NCBI GenBank assembly: GCA_964035545.1
Contig: OZ037767.1
Location: 7,822,581-7,886,580, forward strand
Direction of reading: 5' to 3'
From: Bugula neritina
Taxonomy: Eukaryota; Animalia; Bryozoa
Length of the DNA stretch: 64,000 bases
Part shown: piece by piece, positions 25,401-37,400 of the stretch
Numbering within the stretch: the stretch's first letter is position 1
Layout: every line of letters begins with the position of its first letter
Notes under the pieces: model-generated
Database searches by the model: none
Seen by the model: the letters and a program-made list of their open reading frames with translations, nothing else
Told to the model about the DNA's origin: nothing
Position numbers and translations under genes: made by a program

Positions 25401-28400
25401 ATGCCCAATTCTGATAGGGTTGCTAGATATACATTTAGGCATATTATGTTCCAGATTTCATATGGGTAGGTCAAAAATTGTAGGAGGAGATAGAATTTTA
25501 CTATCATAGCAACAGGAAAAACACACAAATGAGAAAATTGAGGACGAAAACTCAATAAATTGAAATGACTATATCTTGAAACCTACAAGTTGAATATATA
25601 TTATTTTGGCATGGTTGTTAGAAACACATTTCATCATATTGTACTCCAACTTTCATAAAAATAGCATAAAACCTATAAGAGAAGCAATAATTTTACTACT
25701 GTAACAACCGAAAACACACAAATAAAAAATTCAATGACAAAAAATTGATATGATCTCATTTCAAAATCCTAGTTATATTTGCATGATTTTAAAAGAAATT
25801 ACAGAATAAATTATAAATTCAGTGAAGTTCCATCTCCAGAAAACTCCAGTCATGTAATACTTTGGCCAGACTGCTGCGCTTTGTGTCGGGAACTCACTAT
25901 TATTAGAAGATCTTTTTGTGGGTATAAATGGCAAACTGCTTCACAATCAGTGTTCCTAAAACAAAGTAAACAGGTACAAGATCAGTACTATTATCATTGA
26001 ATTATACAACAGAACAGCTGAAAACAAAAATAAACTTAGGTTTTTGCAAATTTTTCACTTTGGGGGCGAAGTAACAAAGTTAACTTATCTTCAAAGTTGA
26101 GGGTTTATTGAAATTTCATCTCTAAAAAGCTCCAGCTTGGTAGTCACTCCGGTCAGGTCGTCTGGCTATTGTTGCTCTTTGATAGGTGGCCCGTCTCTTT
26201 GAAGCCTTTATTCTCTGCAGATCTTTTTTGTGGGTGTGCATTACCAGCTGTTTTCCAATCGTTATTCCTAAAATATCATAAACAGCAGCAAAAGCAGTAC
26301 TACCATCATTGAATTGTAAGACAGCACAGTTGACAGCAAGTTCTAACCTAGGCTTCTGCACAAACTGCACTTTAGGGCAAAGTAGCCAAATTATCCTATG
26401 AAAAGACTCGTTATTATTTTGTGTACCCCCATGCAAGCATTTTGAAAGCAGAGAATCGGCTGTAAGAGCTTCAAAAACTGGTTTTATCTCTTCTAGTACA
26501 AAAGGTGGGAGACTATTCGAATTACCATCACCACTACCATTTACTGCCGGGCAAGAATTATCACATGAGCTATGATTCCTATTCCTATGATGCCATATTC
26601 TCCAAATGCTTGCTTTCATACCCTCTAAGTTTCCTACATTATTCCTAATACCTGCTCCATAATGACTCTGAATTCTCTTTATAGCAGCTTTATGCAACTT
26701 ACCACTACCTCTTATATCTTTATACTTACGGCCTTCCCTTACATTGCTGCACTTTATCTAATAAAAGCTTGCCCATTCGCTTTTGCACATGACCTACGCA
26801 TTCAAGTTTCTCAACAACAACATCTGGGCCATAGGGTTGGGCATTACTTACAACACTATAAGACTTGGAGTCTCCATCCCCTAAATATTTTACAAACCGT
26901 ACTCCTCTCTTTTCGACTGACCTCCTGAAAATTCTAACCATACCTACCTGCTCCATACCACCAGCTGAACCCTCATGATTTTTGACACAACTGTGCTCTG
27001 GTGGTATACTATCTTTATGACTGGCACATGTAAAACAATAACTAGAGAGAACTTCAGTATCAACTACTTTACCTGGTTTTCCTACTGAGTGGGTAATAAC
27101 AGTAGCTACCCCATTCTTACTAATAAAGCCCCTACGCTGCCAGGTACCATCACAAGATACTGTTATATCACTACTGTTACTCATACTAGCAGCTTCCCTG
27201 GCAGCCTGGTCCATTGACTTACTAGCTAGCTCCTTAGTAATTTTACCACTCACTAAAAGCGACAGGTGGGGGCAAATCTAGATGAGCAGAAATAGTTGCA
27301 GCAGTACTTCTATGCCCACCTGCCAAGGTTGTACCAAAAGCCAACCGAGTATTCAAAAAAAATCTATGATCTACATCACGATCACTCATTGCACTACTTT
27401 CAATAAGAACACCACAAACAGAACAGGTAAAATCAAAAGTCGGTACAACTCCACTATAGCATTTTACACTAATTCGCAAGGACATAGCAGGGCGATCTTT
27501 ACAAGCAATACTACCAGATGACAACCTACCCATAAGTTCTAAAATTAACTTAGTCTGCACTATAATACTGTCAGGCTGAGGATTTGCAGAACTAAATAAG
27601 ACATTTGAAGTACTTAGCTGACCATTTAGTTTAGAAGAGCTAGCAGTCGCAACAGGAGTAGTGCCGGTAACTGCAGGTGGTACAAGTTGATGGCCAGATG
27701 CAGCAGACTGGGGCTCCAATTGAAAGTCCATAGTACTAACTGAAAAGCTTGTAGATGCACTTAGATGTGCAGTAGAGTTAGTTACATTAGTGTTACTAAT
27801 AGTAGTAGCGATAACTGACGTAGCGGTGCCGGCAATAGTAGTAGTAGTAGTATAGTAATCGTCATGGGTGGTCTAGTCGTAGGCGTAGTTGTGGGCGTCG
27901 TTGCACTTGCAGGCGTCGTAGTAGTAGTACTAGTAGTACTATCAAGTAGTACTGAGTCTGCTTTTCTGTGCTGATTTCCTCGAAACTGCCTTTTTGTAAC
28001 TTTAAGCATGTTTACTGTGTCTGTAGTATACGTGCTGCTATGTTAGAGACTTATATAACGAGTCGGTACGAATATAAGTATTATGTAATATTACTAATGT
28101 CAAAATAAGTAAATCACGGCACTTTGTAAAACAAAATGTTGATAAATATAAAGTCAAATATGTCTTCTCTTTATTTTCACTGGTTGTAGAAGATCTAGAT
28201 GAAGGATTGATGATAAAGTATCAGATTGTTTTGGCAGGTTGGAATAACGCGCGTAGCTTCTTTGTTCGTTTTGGCAAACAAGATTTGCGTCACAGATCAC
28301 GCAATAAGCACAGCCAATAAATGATGAGAATCGCGGGTCACGGGGTCAGAGTAATAAAATCTGACCAAAATATGCTAAATCAATTAACTTTGTTTTGCCT

Positions 28401-31400
28401 CAATGCGCTTACTGAGAGGTGTTATACACTGCCCATTAGTAAAGTAGACTTTTCTGAAACTAATGCTGTACAGTGCAACTGAGAATGCCGAGTTGAAAAC
28501 AGTTAACAATGGTGCTAAAGTTAGTGATTATGGCTGCATTTTTTGTTTTTTTACAGCAGTTGCAACAAAGGGGTAACTTTAAATACACAATTTTAATAGA
28601 AAGAAAAGTAGAATATCAAAAAGAATCACATCACTCGAATCTGAAAATTTTAGAGTTTTGATGCATAGCAAAATCAAAATATGGCCAAATTGACCACAAT
28701 TTCTTAATTTTTAATCATAGTCCAGCCTTAAACAGTCGTATTTTTTGTAGTGAACAGTATGCAAACCGTATGAGTTGCATTTTGCTCATTTATATATATG
28801 ATGTTCTTTCAAGGGAGATGTGTCTACGGTAAGTTTTTAGCTCTGAAAATGATCAATTATCCAAAAGACCTGTGTCACTGGAAAGGTCATTTTGTAGACA
28901 GCAAAATAGGATTGAAGGTGTGAATGAGGTAGGGCTTAATATAGTGAGGAGGATTAAAGGCAACAACGAACCTAACTTCCTTATATCTGTAATGCAATAG
29001 TAATAGTGTAAGCAATGTCAATATACCAGACTTAGCTAGTAATCTATAGGTCGATAGGTTCATTGAACAAAGTCAAAATGTCAAATTAAATAAAATAATT
29101 TGTCATTTTTACATAAACTCAGGCAAGTTGATAGTCACCATCCCTGTGAGCACTTTGTCACTGGGTTCAGCAATGTGGCGGCCATCTGGCGATGGCCTGC
29201 CAGGGTTACTCTGATCCAGCTACGGTTGTGTCTGACAGGGCCGGCTAAACCCTATGGGATAGGCCAGGACGTCGGCAATATTTTTGAGGCATTGAGAGCC
29301 CGGCTTGGGCTAACGGCTTCAGATGCTCGTGTGCAGTCCCAAGGACTTAGGAGAAATCCTAAGACTACCTTTGCGAGAGCACGCAGTCGTAGTAGAACAG
29401 CTAGCACAAGTTGCCTATGGTGACTTGCCTGCAAATGGTCGGCACATTTTGGCACTAGATGCATTTCTCCAGTCTATTAACAACCTAGGGCTAAAGCAAC
29501 ACTTGCTGGTAGCTGAGGTTAAGACCATGGAGCGAGTTCTCAGGCTTGGAAACGCTTATTTCCAAGCCGACAGTACGTGCCGGCCTGAGACGACAGTACA
29601 GCAGGTGGAGGCCGACAACGACATGTCGACTAGCTTGACCACGAGCTTGGTTCGCGAGCTATTAGCCAAAATATGGCAACTAGACCAACAGTCAACAGCC
29701 GAGCAACCCACCAGGTTGCTGGCAGCTGTCGACGGCAGGCGGGGCCCCGTATGCTGGAGTTATGGTAATGGTTGGCACTTCGTACAAAGTTGACCCCGCA
29801 GTAGAGGGAGGCAGTTAAACGGAAACGGTCCACTATAGACTCCGCCTACCGTGGGCCTCGGTTTAACCCTCCAAGGCCAAAGCCAAAGTCCAATTGGGTG
29901 AGAAGGCCACCTTCGCCAGAGTGGCAAGCCCTTAAGAGAGTAAGCAGGCTGCAAGGCCCGCCAAAACCTCCAGCTTGGGCACTCGAAAACCGCTTTGAAG
30001 GTTGGCCTGTTGAGGGGCTGTACGCCGAGTGGGAGCGAGACAGGGATTTCCTTCAGTTGCCCACACGAGCGCAGGACCGAGCATTCACGCGGCCGCGCTT
30101 GTGTGAGCAAGAGCGAGGTGTAACCCGCTTGCCCACGAGACGTAGACGACCCCCTCGCAACCGAAAAGCACAGGTGCATTTCCAACCCCATGCACACGAC
30201 ATGTCACCTCTAGAGACAAACCGCTCAGTCAGTGCCCAGCCATATGGAAGCAGTTACTTCCTCCCGGGCAAACGTGCCAAAAAAGCTGCCACTTTCCTAT
30301 TGGATACTGGGTGTACCACAAATTTTCTGAGCCGGCATCTGTTTGACACACTCGGTGCTAGGAACCTGGCTAACCTGCAGCCATATGAAGAGGAACACAG
30401 CACGTTTGCGGACGGGTCAAGTATTCCTTTTTATGGTGTGATAGAGTTGATTGGTAAGGTCTGTGATCAGGTAATCAGCGAGGCCTTCATTATCAGTCAA
30501 CTCAAGGAGGACGCCATCTTGGGCATGCCATTTCTGAAGCGACACAAGTGCCACATTGACTTTAATAAGTCAGCAGTATTGATGACCGAGCGTGAGGTGG
30601 CCTGTGTCGACCGATTTGATCCTTGGTGGGGGAATGCAGGTGGTATAGCGCTGTACTGTACCTGAGCGCTCTCGGGCTACAGTTTGCTGCAGAGTGAACT
30701 GTAGAGAAATATCCAACTTAGGAAAGGGAAAAAGTGCGCTGGGAGGCGTCCAGCTCGCTAACAGTCTAAATAGACTAGATGAGCGGGGGAGTTTCTGGTC
30801 CAGTGTGTGAATCCTTTTATGGAGCCGGTAGAATTGCCAGCTGGGTCACTAGTGGGAAAGTTCCACTCCGTACAAGAAGAGGATGTCAGACCACAGCGAA
30901 AGAGCGGACAAGGCTCGACGGGTACCCACTAGGAACGGCAGGGGGCCGGTGCCTGAACACTTGGTTGAATTGTACGGAGATACCTGCAATGGCTGTGAGA
31001 GTAAGCGGAAACGCCTGGTAGTGGCCCAGTTACTCTCTGAGTACAAGGATGTGTTCAGTTGCGGCGACCATGACATGGGCCTGGCTGAGGCTGTCTGTCA
31101 TGAGATACCCCTGGCGACTGGGGCGGTGCCTATCAGGCAGCCGACCCGCCGGTTAGGTCCTGAATAGGAAAAGGAAGTGAGCCGACAGGTGCAAGACCTT
31201 CTGAACCGGGACCTGATTGAGCCAGCCCATGGTGCTTGGAGCTTTCCAGTTGTCCTGGTTCAGAAAAAGAATGGGAACTGGAGGTTTTGCGTAGATTAAC
31301 GCAAACTTAGCATCCAGGATGCTTACCCTCTTTCTAGGATCAATGAGTCGTTAAATGCCTTAGCTGGTAGCAAGTTCTTCAGTACGTTGGACTTGGTAGT

Positions 31401-34400
31401 GGCAGGTGCCCCTAAGCCCTAATGCACAGGACAAGGCCGCGTTTATTACGCGAGATAGGCTCTGGAAATAGAAGGTGTTGCTGTTTGGACTTACGCCTGC
31501 GCCGGCCACCCTCTAGCGACTCATGGAGCAGGTCCTTAGTGTGTTACACTGGAAGACCTTGCTCATCTATGTTGATGATTTCATTGTCATCACCCCCGAC
31601 TTCGTCACTCATGTCAGTCGGTTCAGAGAGGTGTTTGACAGACGTCAAGCTGCTAGTCTGAAGCTCAAACCCTCTAAGTGCACATTGTTGCAACAAGAAG
31701 TTAAGTACCTGGGCCATGTAGTTGGTCGAGACGAGGTCGCCACCGACCCTGAGAAGGTACGGGCTGTGAGGGACTGGGCTGCCCCTGTTGACCTCCCTGA
31801 ATTGCGTGCGTTCCTGGGGCTGGTAAGGAACTATCGTCAGTACATACCAGACTTCGCAAGAATTGCACAGCCACTAAACTGGCTGACAGCAAAAGGGGTG
31901 CAATAGCAGTAGACGCAGACAGAACAGCAGGAGTTTGACCACCTCAAGGATCGCTTGGTAAAGGCACCCATCTTGGCGTACCCTGATCCGGCGAAAGAGT
32001 AAATTTTGGATACTGATGCCAGTAACTATAATGTAGGGGCTGTGCTGTCTCAGGTCCAAGATGGCCGCGAAGTGGTGGTAGCGTACTATAGTAAGGCTCT
32101 GTCGGCGCCTGAGAAGAACTACTGTACAAAAGGGAGAGGGCTCCTGGCAGTAGTCAAGGCAGTGAAACACTTTAGACCATATCTGCACAAACGCACGTTC
32201 AGATTACATGCGTCTCCGATGTGGTTGAGTCAACGGGCTGAGCCATCTAGCCAAGTAGCGCGCTGGCTTGCAATTCTGGCAGAGTTTTCTTATCGGATCG
32301 AACACCGACCTTGTAAGAAACACGGTAATGCCGACAGACTGAGCCGCCGCCAGGCAGATGGGTGTAAGCAATGCCAAAATATCGAGCATAGGGATGGCGG
32401 ACCCCCTCGCTCGGACGTTGAAGAACAGATTGAGAAAGCAGGTATATACAGCTGAGAGGAAGGACAACTTGGGTCCGAAGCTCCCAGTAAAGCTGTTAAC
32501 AACCTTCATGCAAACCCTACGCTGCTGAGAAACGTCAGGAAGCTGTGTGGGCTCCAAGCTACACTACCTGGGGTAGTAGCTGACCGAGTCCGGGCAAAGA
32601 AGGAGGGACGGCGGCTTAGTGAGGCTGAACAGCGGGTTAAGTGTGCGGAGCTTAAATATTTTTGCCACCGCTGGGACTCCCTCTGGTTTAATGGCGCTGG
32701 GCTGTTAACGATAACGTTAGCAGCCGGCACAAATCGCCATGACTTAGAGAGGGTAGTCTGTCCATTTGCTCTGAGGCGGGAGTTAATCTGGGACACCCAT
32801 AAGCAGGCTCATGCAGGAGCTGAGCGGGTGACTAGGTGTCTTCAATTTCAGTGGTTTTGGCCCGGTATGACCCGCGATGTCCGACTCCTGGTGCGGAAAT
32901 GTGAGCTATGCCAAGCTAGTAAGCATGGCCGCTCCACTGAGACCACAGGGAGGCGCCGCCTCCATGCCGGTCATCCGTGGCAGGTAGTTGCTGTAGATCT
33001 GGTAAATCCCATGCTCACGACGGTGAGAGGTAATAACTGGATACTGGTGTTGACTGACCATTTCACACGGTGGGCTGATGCGCTGCCTATTCCAGATGTG
33101 TCGGCCCCCACGGTGGGCAGAGCCTTGGATCAGCAGGTGATCTGTTATTTCGGCTTGCCGGAACAAATACACTCTGATCAAGGCGCCCAGTTTCAGTCGC
33201 AACTCATGAGCGATCTCTGTAAAACGTAAGGGGTAAACCAGAGTCGGACGACCCCGTATCACCCGCAAGGGAATGGGGTTGTGGAGAAGAACAACCGAAT
33301 GTTAGGGGACTCACTGAGAAGCCTGCTTATCGGCAAGAGCCAGGAAGAGTTGGAGTTGGTACTGCCGTAAATCATGCGAGCTTACCGTAGTGCACCTCAC
33401 TCCAGTACACTGGAGACCCCTAATTTTCTCATGCTGGGGAGAGAAACAAGGGTTCTTGAACATGTAATTTACCTCGTTCCGGCTCCAGAGAGCAGCGTCC
33501 ATGATTATGTGGACGAGCTCGTGAAACGCATGAGGACGGCTCATGAGGTGCTACGTGAGCAGCAGTGGCAGGTCAGGAGTGGTGACTCTGACGACCCCCA
33601 TTTGTACAAAGTGGGAGACTGGGTCTGGATGACTAGTCATCGCCGGCGGTTCAGACAGACGGCAAAGTTACAGCCGAAGTTCGTAAGTCCTTATTGCGTG
33701 ATTGAGGTGATGCCATCTCACACCTATTAAGTGGACTGTTCTGGACAAGTGTCGATTTAGAACGAAGTACGGTTTAAACCATACTAGGCACACAGGATAG
33801 TTAACCCTTACGCGATCAATGGACCATATATGTCCCTTCAAGCGGCACTATTCGCAGGTCAATGGACCATATATGGTCTTTTGCGTAAATAAACAAGAGC
33901 GCTTACTTTAAACTTCCAGTTTTCAACTGAATAGCCTAATAGTTTTGTAATTAATGTTAATAGTACGGCTTGGTAATTTTTGAATAATTTTAAGCATTAA
34001 ATCTGATTAAATAGATAGCTACCAAGCCAGCTATTTGCTTTATAATCTAACCCTTATATTTCAAAATTAGCGATAAAATTTTACGCTACTTTCAAATGCA
34101 ACAAACTGCATTCAAACTACACGGAGCCAGACTATTTTATTCAGATTATATTTAGAAGAACATCTAAATAAACAAAAATGTTGACGTCACAATATTTCAA
34201 TTCACATTCATCAAGTTATTTTATCATTTCGAATTTTCAATTTTTAAATGACGGATATGAGAGGTCAAATTAAAATGACTGATTTTAGCTAGAATTGCAG
34301 TCTCCTGTCACTTAAAAAAGCTATTTATAATAGAAAATACTCTTAAATTTGTAATAACCATTTTATTTGAGGCCATAAACCATTGTAAGTTTTTGATAAT

Positions 34401-37400
34401 GAAATTAAAACTTATGCAAAAGTAGTTGGCAAATTCTGCGATAAACTCAAACGAGCCATAAAATTATGTAACTTCAAAGTTGATCGCGTAAGGGTTAAGG
34501 GCATCCTCACTAAGAATATCATAAATTTCTCTTAAAATGTAGTTTAGGTTCTTGAATAATACTACTCTGCGGGTGGCATGCGTGTTGCCTACTTGCAATT
34601 GTTTAACCTAAGATCAAACTACAACCAATAAGCAGCAACTTTCATTAGGGCTGCGTTATCCATCAACATTCCAATATAGGCGCTACAAAAACAAAGTACC
34701 AAGCAAGCTATTCATTATAACCTGCCAGCTAGCAAGCCTGTAATTAGCATGTACGCGCCAATATCTTCCCATCCCTACGTGAAGCACTGCGCGCTGCTAA
34801 TTTACTATGAAAAAATATGGCATTTTCAGTGTATAAATCACCAATTTGTGGGCAATCTAGAAGAGTAATCGGAAAAAAAAAAAATTGACTTTGGAGAAAT
34901 ACCTCAGGATTCCAGCAGTGCAATTTTTATTCAGATATCATGCTTTGCTGCTGAGATATTTTACTGGTACTGAAAAGTCAGCTTTTCAGGCGAAATTGGC
35001 CAAAATTGGTCAGTTTTTTGTCTACAACTTTGCAAAAAAAATGAAAATTGAAATTTCCAAAAAGTTACCCTGAAGAAAAAGAAGATCTTCAGCATAGTTT
35101 TTAAATTTTTACTCTAGCACAATTAGGTGAGATTTTAATTTACTGGTACTGAATTCATATATGATTACAATGCAAACCTCAGCAAGGCAGTTGCAGCTAA
35201 AAGGTTGCCCTTAACTATCCTGTGCAAGCCCTGGCGCGACAGGACAGGCTCCTTCACCCTTAGAGCCTACACAGGATATTGTTGCCCTCTCATGAGAGGG
35301 TGAGGTACGGCGTATAGAGAAATAGAGGAGGTACTGCTCGATCAGGAGAGAGCGGCCGACGCGCCGACCGACCCGCCCCGGCCGCGTCCGCCATAGGAGG
35401 AGGCGGCCGACACACCGGAAAACCGGTTTGAGCCGGCCCCATCACTAGTGGAGCCAGCCGACACACCTGTCACCCCGGATGAGATGGAATTTCCTCAAAT
35501 TCATGAGGAAGAGGCACCTGAGAGAGAACCACCCGTATTGGTGGACCCCCCCCCCCCCCCCCGTATTTGCAACACCACCCATGGTGGTACAGTCGCCAGT
35601 AGTAGCAGCAACCCCAATGCAGTTTCAGCGTAGCCACATATTAGGGCGCCACTATTTTATTTGAAGGATTTTTTGTGTGATGCAGTGGAAAAACATCCAT
35701 CAGCTATCATAAAGAAATCTGGGGGGACAAGCAATTGAGAGTTGCATTTCCTAAATACAAGGAGACACAACTGTGAGTTGCCTACCCAGTGGTGTACATA
35801 TATATTATAATTATGCCACCGGGGGTATAGGAAAGAGCGAAGCCAGCTCGCTACTGAAAGGGGGTGTTATGTAATCACTTTCACTGTGTAGAGCGTTCTT
35901 TTCAATGTTAACTGCTAAGGTGCAAGCACGTACTTGGCAGGCTGGCAAGCTACGAAGCCTATGTGGGCAGTAGACTGGCATCGTGCCTGTCTTATGGTAA
36001 GTCTACTAGCATGATTTTATTATTTAGGTAGAATTCAATCTAGTAGCATAAAAATTAGTCTCACTTTATCATAACGATGGAGTTAGTATTCTAAGTCAGA
36101 TGATTTCACTGACGACTCAGAGTGAGGCAGTCGCCCGTATGATTTTGATAATCAGTGGGTTGCTAGACTGCGCGACTCAGTCGTTGGTGTTGTACTGACC
36201 GGGTGGAAAACCCTACAGAATATTCTGGTATTCTGTTGCAGGCATTTCTTTCTCCTAGCACCACCGTCACGCAGTCACCCATCAATCCTCTTTTTTGCAT
36301 TCGCTTCACTAGACTCTTGGAAAGTCACCACAGCAGACCAGGTGGCTGTCGTGGCAGATGGTGCGCCCTTCAACTTCCAGCAAGGAAACTAAAAGTTCGA
36401 TGAGCAAGCGAGGATTCCTAATAATAAAGATAAACTGCATGAGCTAAATATGACTAACAGCCAAGACACGTAAAGTGTGGCATAAGAATTCTTCTCTTTT
36501 CTTGCCTGTAGCTTTATCTCGCTGCCTTGGCCTACTAAGGAAGGACGGCTAATAAAAATAATAATAATGATTTTAAAAATTTCAATAACTGCATGGTTAA
36601 CAAACAATATCGAAAAAAAACATTGTTCTTTTGCCACGTTTGATCCTTTGGTGGCAGGTCGACGCCACTAATACTGATGCTTGGCTTTGCCTAGATGGGT
36701 GTTCTCTTATTCCCCTCGTGTGGCTCTATCAAGAGCACTATCGATAAAGCATTTAATCCTGTGACAAGGCAGCTATGACATCGTTGCAGGACCGCTTGAA
36801 GACAAACCTCTTCTTCTCTCCCTCCTTTCTCTTTTTTTCGAACTGATGGTAACTTATATTTACTCCTCGGTGGCGGTGATATAAATAGATTGTGTGTAAC
36901 TAGTAGAATACTTATATTATGCTACATGTATATTCTGCATGTTTTATCATTTTTTTTTATTTCATATTCTTTTTCATTTATGTACTAGTTTAGTAGAGTG
37001 TACCTTTCGATAGGTGGAGAGGATTTAAAAAGTTTTAGTATTGTGTTCCCACTTGAGTAATTTTATATCGAAAGGATAACTCTATATCGGACTGATACAT
37101 GATGCGGTCAGCATCATGTCGCTAAGATGGCACCACCGTTTTGACCAATGTGATGTGACTAACAATTAGTAGTAGGCGGAGCTGCCAATGTATGGTGGAA
37201 GCTTGTTAGACAGCTAATTGATCGGCAGAGTAGATTGGATTTTAATCATGTAAAGTTGTGTATAAATCATTCTCTGTTATGTAATCGTGTACATTAGTGT
37301 TAGTAACTTTTATTGCTGTATAATTCGTAAATAATAAAGTCTATTCAAATTGTGAGAAACCTGGTGAAGTAGCTTTGCATAAGTAGACCCACTAATTATA

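Larger units (their letters stand above)
24821..28727 (-). mobile_element. Kolobok-type (Mutator-like DDE) DNA transposon, frameshifted
   Basis: TTAA at both ends (24817-20, 28728-31) and TIR core GGACTATGATT / AATCATAGTCC. Transposase motifs [28 protein letters not shown] and TQNNNES. Confidence 0.85.

Noticed and set aside
28780-29010. Possible decayed LINE RT fragment (also 46440-46650)
   Set aside because: The resemblance is too weak to support without a profile search.
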